Shown one piece after another: positions 17,218 to 25,643 of a DNA stretch of 56,130 bases (positions are counted from its first letter, which is position 1; each line of letters opens with the position of its first letter). The notes below the pieces were generated by a model. It was given only the letters and a program-made list of their open reading frames with translations, had not been told where the DNA came from and did no database searches. Position numbers and translations under genes: made by a program. Source of the stretch: a virus (lineage: Duplodnaviria; Caudoviricetes); the IMG/VR virus record IMGVR_UViG_3300029985_000050, positions 1-56,130 of that record. One strand, given 5' to 3'.

Positions 17218-17417
17218 TCCACGCATTTTCCGAAATCAAATTTCCCAACGGTCACACGACCCGCCGCGTATTCCGCTGGCAGGGGGTGTCCGCCGACTTG
17301 ATCGCCCTGATCGGGCACGCGATCGGGAACGGGGGTGCCGTGACGGTGCGCCCGGCCACGCCCGAAGAGGTGGCGGTGAACGATCTTCGCCGCAACGGGT
17401 CGGAGGTGGTCGGATGA
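17214..17417 (+). CDS. Hypothetical protein
   Basis: GGAGG RBS, ATGA overlap. Confidence 0.6.
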   Translation: MIHAFSEIKFPNGHTTRRVFRWQGVSADLIALIGHAIGNGGAVTVRPATPEEVAVNDLRRNGSEVVG

Positions 17418-17812
17418 ACCGCCGATACGTCCCCGCCGCGGTGCGCGCTGCCCGGGCCGAAAAGGAGCAGGCACAGAACGCCGCCCAGAAGCTCTACGAC
17501 GACCGGGAGGAGAGGGTCCACGCGCTCCTCGAGGAGGCGAAGACGATCGCCGGCGAAGCCACGCCGATGTTCACTGGGTGGTTGGACGAAAACCCCGTGG
17601 AGAACTACGGCGACCGCACCGAGCTGGAATCGCAGGTCGAAGAGCTGGAGTCCCACAAGTATTCCTTCGAGGAGATTTCGTTCTCCGTCCACGGCTCCTC
17701 TTTCCTGGACCGTTCGGTGGTGGAGATCTGGGATTCCGCTTCGATGATGGAGCGAATCCAGATCGAAGACTTTTTCAAGGGCTTCCTGGCCGCGCGGACG
17801 GTGGCCGTATGA
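17414..17812 (+). CDS. Hypothetical protein
   Basis: GGAGG RBS, ATGA overlap. Confidence 0.65.
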   Translation: MNRRYVPAAVRAARAEKEQAQNAAQKLYDDREERVHALLEEAKTIAGEATPMFTGWLDENPVENYGDRTELESQVEELESHKYSFEEISFSVHGSSFLDRSVVEIWDSASMMERIQIEDFFKGFLAARTVAV

Positions 17813-18207
17813 CCTGGAAAAATCGGATCGCGGACCTCGACGCGAACTACTCCGGACTGCTCCGGGCGATCTTCGCGGGCGCGGCGGTCGCCGCGGTGGT
17901 GGCGCTCCTGGCCGGGTGCGACCTCGGCACCGGCGACCACGTCCCGGACTTCTCCGGACAGTACAACTACACCGCCTGCACAAACTACACCGTGACCGCG
18001 CAGGATAGGCAGTTTGCGGAGGTGGTGGATTCCACGGCGACCTGCCCGGACAACTCCGCCCCGTTCATGATCGAGGCGCAGTGGCTTTCCACGGACTCCA
18101 GCTGCTCGGTGGTGCCCTACACGAACGTGATCGGAGGTCTCGACGGGATCCGCCGCACGTTCGGGTGCTGGAGGCCGGCGCCGAAGTACACCGGTCCGCC
18201 GCTCTAG
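17809..18207 (+). CDS. Putative lipoprotein
   Basis: Hydrophobic stretch ending in lipobox LLAGC; Cys-rich mature part. Confidence 0.6.
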   Translation: MTWKNRIADLDANYSGLLRAIFAGAAVAAVVALLAGCDLGTGDHVPDFSGQYNYTACTNYTVTAQDRQFAEVVDSTATCPDNSAPFMIEAQWLSTDSSCSVVPYTNVIGGLDGIRRTFGCWRPAPKYTGPPL

Positions 18208-18328
18208 CCCGAAGGACCACCGGGCGAAGGTGGTCCGCACCGGGGAACCTCCCGGCGTCGCGCGCTGTTCGATGCGCGCCCAGCTCCACGGACGGAGACC
18301 ATTTCAACCAAGAGAATCGCAGGTAACC

Positions 18329-18862
18329 ATGAGCGAAGAAACGACGATCGACAACGGCCCGGAGCAGGACAGCGGCGAAAAGCTGGTGGGGGTGGAGTGC
18401 TACCTGTGGAACGACGAGGGTACCAACCTCGAACCGAAGATCGCCAGCCCCCTGCGCGCGGTGGTAAAGAGCATCTACGCCCCGGTGGGCGGGACGGAGG
18501 TGCCCTACGACACCGATGGTCAGGACTCCCACCAGCACGCCCGCCCCGTGGCCCTGGGACTCCCGGAGGCCACCGAGCAGGCCACCGAGCAGGCCACCGA
18601 GGTGGAGGGGGATGCCCTGAACACCTTCCCCGAGGACGGCGATCCGGACGCGCGGAAGGTCCACGATCTCCTGCAGGAGGTGGGAAAGATTCTCCAGCGG
18701 CGCAACTGGCCGGGAGCGGCGTTTACGCTGACGGAGATGTCCGAGGGGAAGATCGGCGTGTTCGGGTTCAATATGTTTTCCTTGCGCAAGCACATGCCGG
18801 TCCTCCTGGCGGCGGGCGCTGGAGGCATGCGGATGTCCGCGGCAGCCAAGGCCATCGGCTGA
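18329..18862 (+). CDS. Acidic hypothetical protein
   Basis: ORF with GC3-rich codon pattern. Confidence 0.6.
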   Translation: MSEETTIDNGPEQDSGEKLVGVECYLWNDEGTNLEPKIASPLRAVVKSIYAPVGGTEVPYDTDGQDSHQHARPVALGLPEATEQATEQATEVEGDALNTFPEDGDPDARKVHDLLQEVGKILQRRNWPGAAFTLTEMSEGKIGVFGFNMFSLRKHMPVLLAAGAGGMRMSAAAKAIG

Positions 18863-18864
18863 AC

Positions 18865-19340
18865 CCAGCCGTCTCGACGCGACGGGGAGGGCATTTTCAC
18901 CTCGCCTGACGCGGGGGTGACCGCTCTGCCGGGGGCCTCTTTTGCGCCACCACCAAACACAGAAAGACGAAAAATGGACTGGAACAAATTGACCGACGAG
19001 CAGTTCGCCGTGGCCGCGAAGGCGCGTCCGTGGTCCGCGCTGAAGTACTGCGCCGCACGGCTGACCGACAATCAGTTCGCCGTGGCCGCGAAGGCGCGTC
19101 CGGGGGCCGCGCTGATGTACTCCGCCGCACGGCTGACCGACGAGCAGTTCGCCGTGGCCGCGAAGGCGCGTCCGTGGTCCGCGCTGGCGTTCGCCTCCAC
19201 ACGGCTGACCGACGAACAGTTCGCCGTGGCCGCGAAGGCGGATCCGGGGGCCGCGCTGATGTACTCCGCCGCACGGTACGCCGCTCTTTCCGCGTAGCTC
19301 CTCCGCCCACCCTCCAGCCGTCTCGACGCGACGGGGAGGG
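18865..19340. repeat. 27-bp direct repeat (18865-18891, 19314-19340) flanking the repeat-protein gene
   Basis: CCAGCCGTCTCGACGCGACGGGGAGGG twice. Confidence 0.92.
18974..19297 (+). CDS. Tandem 24-aa repeat protein (4 units)
   Basis: LTD(E/N)QFAVAAKA(R/D)P..AL....R x4; 72-bp DNA repeats. Confidence 0.75.
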   Translation: MDWNKLTDEQFAVAAKARPWSALKYCAARLTDNQFAVAAKARPGAALMYSAARLTDEQFAVAAKARPWSALAFASTRLTDEQFAVAAKADPGAALMYSAARYAALSA

Positions 19341-19372
19341 GTTTCACACAGAGCTAGGTTTTCAAAGGAACC

Positions 19373-20197
19373 ATGAAACTTCGGCCAAGGAAAACGGGAT
19401 ACCCGGCGAAGGCCACGCGCGATGAGCTTTGCCAGAGGGTAAAGTTGGCCGTCCCCACCTCCGTGCGCCTCCGTCTCGAAGCTCTCGAGGTGGCTCGCCG
19501 GGAGGGTGGTGGTGCCCAGAAGGCGGATCCGCCCAGCGCGAACCAACTGGAGAAGGATGAGCGGGAGTACCTGGGCGAGATTCGAAGGCGGTGTTTTCAG
19601 GGTTCGCGCCCCGAGCCCGGATCTATCGGAGCGGCACCGTATTACCTGCAGCTGGCCGATGCGACTTCGTATCTCGAGCAGCGCCTGGCGATGCACCGCG
19701 AGGAGCGCGCACGGATAGCCCAGCTGGAGGCCACCGGCGACCACGTCCAACCGCCCGCTGCGGTGGTGGCCGACTGCATCCGAGAGGGGCTCACTCTGCC
19801 CGGTGCCCAGGGGATGGCCGACGACTACATCCAGGCATCCGTCCCGCTGTCCCTCCTGCGTGCCGCCGGCCTGCGAGAGGGTGGTCGGGACGTCGCGGGG
19901 CTGGTGCAGGCCCTCCCGGCGCTGGTGTTGTCCTACGGCCTCACCGACGAGGAGGTGGGGGCGCTGGTGGCCACGGTGGCCGCGCTCGACGCGCTCCCTC
20001 CGCCGCCGCGCGCGGTGGTCGAAACACTTTCCCGTGCGGTGGTGGCGGGTCTCGTGGTGGTGGAGAGGTTGGATCGGGATCGGGCGGCGAGGGGTGGCCT
20101 GGCGTCGCGTCTTCCTGGCCCGGAGGTTTGGAGAAATTCGACTTGGGAACGCTTGCGCGCGATGGGGCGAGAAGTTCCACCACTTCCGTGGCGGTGA
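19373..20197 (+). CDS. Hypothetical protein (274 aa)
   Basis: AAGGA RBS. Confidence 0.6.
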   Translation: MKLRPRKTGYPAKATRDELCQRVKLAVPTSVRLRLEALEVARREGGGAQKADPPSANQLEKDEREYLGEIRRRCFQGSRPEPGSIGAAPYYLQLADATSYLEQRLAMHREERARIAQLEATGDHVQPPAAVVADCIREGLTLPGAQGMADDYIQASVPLSLLRAAGLREGGRDVAGLVQALPALVLSYGLTDEEVGALVATVAALDALPPPPRAVVETLSRAVVAGLVVVERLDRDRAARGGLASRLPGPEVWRNSTWERLRAMGREVPPLPWR

Positions 20198-20361
20198 AAA
20201 TTCTCTTGCTTTCTTGAAAAGCATAGGTTAGTTTGTTTACAGTTCACTTCAACCAGGAGCTTTGAGATGCGAAGAGTTTTCATCGGGGCGCTGGACGGCC
20301 TCGCAACGCACGACTGGCTTCCGGGCCTGGACCTCTGCATCGACGGATGGTGGGGGTTCTG

Positions 20362-20586
20362 ATGAACGCCCCGGAGACCATCGCCCTGAAGGCTCGGAAC
20401 TTCGACCGGCTTATCAACCGCATCCGCGACCAGATCGAGCCCGCCATCGTGTGGCGCGACAACGACGGCACGCTGGAGTCCGACAGCAAGCGCACCCCGG
20501 AATGGGCGATCCGCATGTGGGAACTCCTCTCCGACGACGATCAGAATGAGATCGCGGATCGGGCGGCGGAAGGGCGGGCGGGATGA
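20362..20586 (+). CDS. Hypothetical protein
   Basis: Coupled operon gene. Confidence 0.55.
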   Translation: MNAPETIALKARNFDRLINRIRDQIEPAIVWRDNDGTLESDSKRTPEWAIRMWELLSDDDQNEIADRAAEGRAG

Positions 20587-20798
20587 AGCTACTCCTCCTC
20601 GCCGCACTCCCGGAGGGGAAGGTCCTGGTGGAGCGTGAACTGATCCAGTCTGCAATTGGAGCGCTGCGCACATCCGTCCCGATGGAGTTCCTGAATGCTG
20701 AGATGAAGCGCAGGCATGTCGATACCGAAAAGGATCTGAGCAACGCCCTCAGCCCCTCCCAGCACCCCGGACAGGGTGGGAAGGGTGGTGAGGGGTGA
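20583..20798 (+). CDS. Hypothetical protein
   Basis: ATGA overlap. Confidence 0.5.
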   Translation: MKLLLLAALPEGKVLVERELIQSAIGALRTSVPMEFLNAEMKRRHVDTEKDLSNALSPSQHPGQGGKGGEG

Positions 20799-21265
20799 GC
20801 GGATCCCCTCTCCACACCCAGATCCAAGCGGCGGCGGCGCGATGGATCAAACGCCAACACGCAGGCCCGCACCGCTACTCCGGATGCGCCTTCGTTGCCG
20901 TGGACCCCGTGACGTGCGCCTACGAGCAACCTGACGTGATCGGCTGGAACTCGTGCGAATCCGTGCTGGTCGAGGTCAAGGTTTCGCGGGCAGATTTTGC
21001 CAAGGACAAGACGAAGGCGCACCGAGTCTGGACGGAAGGTCTCGGGAACGCCCGCTGGTTCGCGGTGCCAGTTGGGATGCTCCGACCTGCCGAGATCCCT
21101 GACGGCTGGGGCCTCCTGGAATGGGATGGACGAGCCCTGTCCGTCGCCAAGGATTGCACCAAGCGCATCCTCACGCAGCAAGGGCTTTTAGAGGAGCGAC
21201 GGATACTGGTTTCGCTGCTCCGACGGATCGACCGCCCACCGAAAGGAATGATATGCCCTACCTGA
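20795..21265 (+). CDS. PD-(D/E)XK-fold putative nuclease
   Basis: EQPDVIGW...LVEVKVSRADF..D...GWGLL. Confidence 0.65.
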   Translation: MSGSPLHTQIQAAAARWIKRQHAGPHRYSGCAFVAVDPVTCAYEQPDVIGWNSCESVLVEVKVSRADFAKDKTKAHRVWTEGLGNARWFAVPVGMLRPAEIPDGWGLLEWDGRALSVAKDCTKRILTQQGLLEERRILVSLLRRIDRPPKGMICPT

Positions 21266-21513
21266 TCCCCCTCGCCGCCCTGGTCCTGCGCCCCTGGCCC
21301 AAACGGTGGTGCGGTCGCGGGAGGTGGCGGGGATGAGGATCACCACCAAGTCCGGCGTCGTGGTCCACTCCGAGCGCAGGCCCACCGTGGACCGCGCCTG
21401 GGTGGTCTGCGCGACGCACGGGGAGATGCTGATCGACCTGGAGGTCGTGGAGGGCGGCGAAAAGTTCGTCGGCCCGGTGTTCGAGAACATGGTTTCAAAG
21501 TACGGAGGACGAG

Positions 21514-21921
21514 ATGGCAAAGACGAAACTGGAGTTGCTGAAGACGGCAGCCGAAATACTGCAGGAAGTAGCTCGGGGAGAGGTGGCCGGGAGCCACGCC
21601 ATGGGAGGGTACCTGAACACGAGGATTCTCCCGGAAAAGCTGATCCAGTGCGCCCAACAGTGGCTCCAGGAAGAAGTCTCCGAGGAGGATGGGGACTTGC
21701 CACCGTCCCTCGCCGAGGAGCCGCCGACCGATGACCGTTGGTTCGCAGCGTATCTGCGGGGGATCGACGCGTGGGGAAGGATCGGCGGGCAAAGACCTTT
21801 CGACGGCAGCCTGCCCTCCGATCTGTGCCGGAACTTCGCCAAGGCCGTCGCCGACGATGCCCTCGCCGCCGCGAGAAACCAGGCAAAAGAATCTCTTGAC
21901 AAACCCACAGTAACTAAGTAA
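21514..21921 (+). CDS. Hypothetical protein
   Basis: GGAGG RBS. Confidence 0.6.
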   Translation: MAKTKLELLKTAAEILQEVARGEVAGSHAMGGYLNTRILPEKLIQCAQQWLQEEVSEEDGDLPPSLAEEPPTDDRWFAAYLRGIDAWGRIGGQRPFDGSLPSDLCRNFAKAVADDALAAARNQAKESLDKPTVTK

Positions 21922-21924
21922 CTT
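21896..21924 (+). promoter_or_regulatory. Sigma70-type promoter for the replication block
   Basis: TTGACA-17 bp-TAACTT. Confidence 0.65.
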
Positions 21925-21978
21925 AGGTTCTGTCGGGAAGAGTTCTCGACGGACCACTTCAACCACAAGGAACATCAA

Positions 21979-22416
21979 ATGGCCAAGACCACCGAAAAGA
22001 AACCCACCGAGTTCGTCCTCCCCGGCCCCAAGGCCACCCCCGGCGAGATCGCCGACGCCCGGTTCGACCTGGAGATGCGCCTGAAGGACGCCAACGCGGT
22101 CGTGAAGAAGTTCGAGGGCCTGCGTGTGGATCTCGACGAGATCATCCGCCAGGCCGCGCTCAAGAACAAGGGCACGACGTTCGGCGGCAAGTTCGGCGTC
22201 GTCACCGTGGTCCACGAGGACAAGCTCACCGTGGACACCGAGAACGGCGGCTGGGATAAGCTGTACGCCTGGATCGCGAAGACCAAGAACTTCGACTGCC
22301 TCCAGAAGCGCCTGGGCGAGAAGGCCATCGGTGACCGGATCGCGGCGGGCGTGGTCGTGCCTGGCGTGACGACGTTCCCCGTGGAGAAGGTAAAGATCGC
22401 GGCGGTGAAGGGATGA
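21979..22416 (+). CDS. Phage hypothetical protein (replication module)
   Basis: AAGGA RBS; WDKLYAWI..FDCLQKRL..VPGV motif. Confidence 0.7.
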   Translation: MAKTTEKKPTEFVLPGPKATPGEIADARFDLEMRLKDANAVVKKFEGLRVDLDEIIRQAALKNKGTTFGGKFGVVTVVHEDKLTVDTENGGWDKLYAWIAKTKNFDCLQKRLGEKAIGDRIAAGVVVPGVTTFPVEKVKIAAVKG

Positions 22417-22643
22417 TCGAAAACCCTCTGGACCTCCTGGCCGACGACTGCCCGGAGCTGACCGCCTCCAGGAAAAGCGGCCACGTCAACCCACCATGTT
22501 CGGACTGCGTCGACCACCACTACAACAGGGAAGCATTGGCGGATTTGCGGAAAATTGCTTTGATGGAGGATGGGACCTGTTGTGGGAACGAACAGCGTAA
22601 CATGGGCGGAGGCTGCACGAACTGCGGCGACCCGAGCTTCTGA
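22413..22643 (+). CDS. Small Cys-rich protein
   Basis: CxxC pairs; ATGA overlap. Confidence 0.5.
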   Translation: MIENPLDLLADDCPELTASRKSGHVNPPCSDCVDHHYNREALADLRKIALMEDGTCCGNEQRNMGGGCTNCGDPSF

Positions 22644-22987
22644 TGCCCCGCCCCAAGAAGCCGGAGATGGTTCGCCCGGAGCCTCGGTTCGTCGTGGAGG
22701 GCGCAGGCCCAGCACCGAAGCGCAAGAACCCGACCCCGGCGAAGATCGTGCCGGACGGGGAGAACTGGGCGCTTCCCGGCACCGACATTCCCGCAGGGAC
22801 AGACCCCTTCCAGTACGCGGCCGGGATCCTCGCCGGAATCCGATCCCTCGTCGCCGAGCGCGATGCGCTGCGGAAGCTGGTGAGGGAGGCGTATCTGCAG
22901 GGCGCGCTGGACCAGTCGCACCGCTGTGGCCTTGCGGGAAGTAAGCAAGGCCTGGAGAGGTTCCTGGAGAAGCACGGTGAACACTGA
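22643..22987 (+). CDS. Hypothetical protein
   Basis: Coupled start. Confidence 0.55.
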   Translation: MPRPKKPEMVRPEPRFVVEGAGPAPKRKNPTPAKIVPDGENWALPGTDIPAGTDPFQYAAGILAGIRSLVAERDALRKLVREAYLQGALDQSHRCGLAGSKQGLERFLEKHGEH

Positions 22988-23219
22988 CGCCGGTCCTGCG
23001 GAGAAAGCCCTACGGGAACTCCCTAAGGACGCTCCAGCGGAAGTATATTTCCCAAAACTACGTTCCGCCTTGGCGGAGTGGGTAGGGGTTCCGGAAGACA
23101 TGCTTTTCGGGAAACAGACCTTGCCAAACCCCGAACCTGAGTAACTACCTTTCCGAACTACGGAATACCGCTGCTCCGACGGTCCTCTCGGGCAACTCAA
23201 AGCAACAAAGAAACAAAGG

Positions 23220-24074
23220 ATGCTGACCATGGCCCATCACACACCCAAGAACGCGCCGAGCACGACCACCGCGCTCATCAACATCGACCAGAAGCTCGCC
23301 GAGGCCGCCGGGAGCACCGCCGTCGAGAAGCCCTCCGGAGGCACCAAGATCTCCACCAAGGGCGGCAAGCTCACCTACGGCGGCACGCAGTTCCCCAACA
23401 ACGAAGTGGACGTGATCGTCCTGGAGTTCGCGGCGAAGAACACCTACTACGCCGGAGCCTACGACCCGGACAACGTCGCCCCGCCCGACTGCTTCGCGAT
23501 CGAGCTGGCCGTGGGCAAGGACTTCGAGGACAACCTCAAGCCCCACACGAACGTCGAGGAGCCGGTGAACCCCACCTGCCACGGCTGCAAGTGGAACGAG
23601 TTCAAGTCGGCCGACAACGGCAAGGGCAAGGCCTGCAAGAACCGGCGCGACCTGGCCGTGATCCCCGCCACCGTGCTGGACGAGGCCGACGTGGCGAAGG
23701 CCATCGCCGACGCCGAGATCGCGGTGTTCTCCGTGTCCCCCTCGAACATCTCCGTGTGGAAGGGATTCGTCGCCGGGATCGCCCGCCAGTCGCTCCCCAT
23801 CTGGGGCGTGACCACGCGGATCGGGCTCCCATCCGTGTTCGACCAGTCGTTCCAGGTCGTCGACGGCGGCGACCTCAAGCCCAAGCTCACCCAGGCCGTG
23901 TGGGACGCGCTGGAGAAGAAGCGTGCGGAAGCCCGCGACCTTCTCGTGGTGCCCTACGAGCCCCTGAGCGAGGAGCAGAAGGCCCAGGCCGCGGCGCCCA
24001 AGGGCCGTCAGGCGGCTCCGTCCGGGCGTTCGGCGCGCTTCACCGCTCCGGTGGCGGCGGGCAAGAAGAAGTAG
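23220..24074 (+). CDS. Putative ssDNA-binding/annealing protein
   Basis: PDCF..CHGCKWN.F.S...GKGKACKNRR motif upstream of the polymerase; function inferred from context. Confidence 0.55.
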   Translation: MLTMAHHTPKNAPSTTTALINIDQKLAEAAGSTAVEKPSGGTKISTKGGKLTYGGTQFPNNEVDVIVLEFAAKNTYYAGAYDPDNVAPPDCFAIELAVGKDFEDNLKPHTNVEEPVNPTCHGCKWNEFKSADNGKGKACKNRRDLAVIPATVLDEADVAKAIADAEIAVFSVSPSNISVWKGFVAGIARQSLPIWGVTTRIGLPSVFDQSFQVVDGGDLKPKLTQAVWDALEKKRAEARDLLVVPYEPLSEEQKAQAAAPKGRQAAPSGRSARFTAPVAAGKKK

Positions 24075-24196
24075 TTCTCACGAGCAGGCCAGTGGAGGAC
24101 CCGTTTCTCTCTGGCACAGGCCCCGGCAGACCTCCTCTTCGGAGTAAGCTGTTCTGCCGGGGTTCCTTTGTTCACTTCAACCACAACGAGAAACCC

Positions 24197-25324
24197 ATGT
24201 TGAGAATCAACACCGAAAAGCCGTACAAGATCTTCGCGGAAGTCCTGGAGCAGGGCGCGCTCGACCAGTTCGAGAGCGCCCTGCTCCAGGACTTCGCCGT
24301 GCAGGGTGCCCTTATGCCCGACGCCCACTTCGGCTACTCCCTGCCCATCGGCGCGGTGGTGGCCACCAAGGACTTCGTGGTGCCTGCCTGGGTGGGCTAC
24401 GACATCGGCTGCGGCATGTGCGCCTTGCCGACGAGCTTCGATCGCGGCGCCGTGGAGTGGTGCGCCAAGGGGATCTTCGACGAGATCTACCAAGCCGTTC
24501 CCGTCGGGTTCTCCCACAACCACGCACCGACCACCTGGGAGCACGCGGGGCTCTTGCCGTGGTCCGCCCGTATGGAGGAGATCTTCTCCAGGGACGGACT
24601 CAGGCAGATCGGATCCCTTGGCGGCGGCAACCACTTCATCGAGATCGGCGCTGACGAGACGGGGAAGGTGTGGATCATCGTCCACTCCGGTTCCCGCGGA
24701 ATCGGCCACGCGACCGCATCCCACTACATGCGGCTGGCCAGCGGATCCGGCAAGGCGAAGGAGGGGCACTTCGGACTCCACGTCGACTCGGACGACGGCT
24801 CCGACTACATCAAGGACCTCGCTTTCTGCCTGGCCTTTGCCTTGGAGAACCGCAGGCAGATCGCCGTTCGTGTGGAGGCGGTGCTTGCCGGGTTCGCGCG
24901 CGAGGGTGGCTCCGCTTCCGGCGAGTGGGAGATCCTCATCAACCGGAACCACAACCACGCGGAACTGCGCGAAGGCCTTTGGATCCACCGCAAGGGCGCC
25001 ACCCACGCCGAAGCAGGCATGGTGGGCGTGATCCCCGGCAACATGCGCGACGGCTCGTTCATCGTGCGCGGCAAAGGGAACCCAGACGCGCTCTGGTCCT
25101 CTTCCCACGGGGCAGGTCGGTGCCTGGGCCGCAAGGAAGCCCAGCGAACGCTCACACTGGAGCAGTTCACTGAAAGCATGGTGGCCGTCGTAGCCAAGGT
25201 GGACAAGGATACCCTGGACGAATCGCCGTTCGCTTACAAGGACATTTTCAAGGTGATGGAGCAACAGAAGGACCTCGTCGAGGTCGTGGCGCACATCAAG
25301 CCCATCATCAACATCAAGGGGTGA
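24197..25324 (+). CDS. rtcB: RtcB-family RNA ligase
   Basis: MPDAHFGY..PIG, VGYDIGCGM, GSLGGGNHFIE, HSGSRG, HNH, HRKGAT, PGNM, SHGAGR, DESPFAYK. Confidence 0.95.
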   Translation: MLRINTEKPYKIFAEVLEQGALDQFESALLQDFAVQGALMPDAHFGYSLPIGAVVATKDFVVPAWVGYDIGCGMCALPTSFDRGAVEWCAKGIFDEIYQAVPVGFSHNHAPTTWEHAGLLPWSARMEEIFSRDGLRQIGSLGGGNHFIEIGADETGKVWIIVHSGSRGIGHATASHYMRLASGSGKAKEGHFGLHVDSDDGSDYIKDLAFCLAFALENRRQIAVRVEAVLAGFAREGGSASGEWEILINRNHNHAELREGLWIHRKGATHAEAGMVGVIPGNMRDGSFIVRGKGNPDALWSSSHGAGRCLGRKEAQRTLTLEQFTESMVAVVAKVDKDTLDESPFAYKDIFKVMEQQKDLVEVVAHIKPIINIKG

Positions 25325-25328
25325 GGGC

Positions 25329-25643
25329 GTGAACTGGAAAGAGCGGTCGAGCGTGGGACTTCTCGACGTCAAGCTGCTGTTCGCCTCGACACCGAAGGGA
25401 TACTTGGTTCGGAGGTACGCCGACCGAATCGCGGTGCAGTCGAAGGACGAGACCGCGATCTCCTGGGAGGTCCTGCAGAACATCAAGTGGGAAGTGCTCG
25501 GCGACGTGGTGGCGATCGAGGTATTCCCCATGGACGCCGACGTGGTGAACTTGCGGAACACCCGGCACCTCTGGTTTGGCGACGCGGTGAACGAAGTCGT
25601 GAAGGCCTGCACACACCCAGAGTTCACGGAGGCGAAGAAGTGA
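25329..25643 (+). CDS. Phage hypothetical protein
   Basis: SWEVLQNIK..AIEVFP...VVN..NTRHLW motif. Confidence 0.65.
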   Translation: MNWKERSSVGLLDVKLLFASTPKGYLVRRYADRIAVQSKDETAISWEVLQNIKWEVLGDVVAIEVFPMDADVVNLRNTRHLWFGDAVNEVVKACTHPEFTEAKK

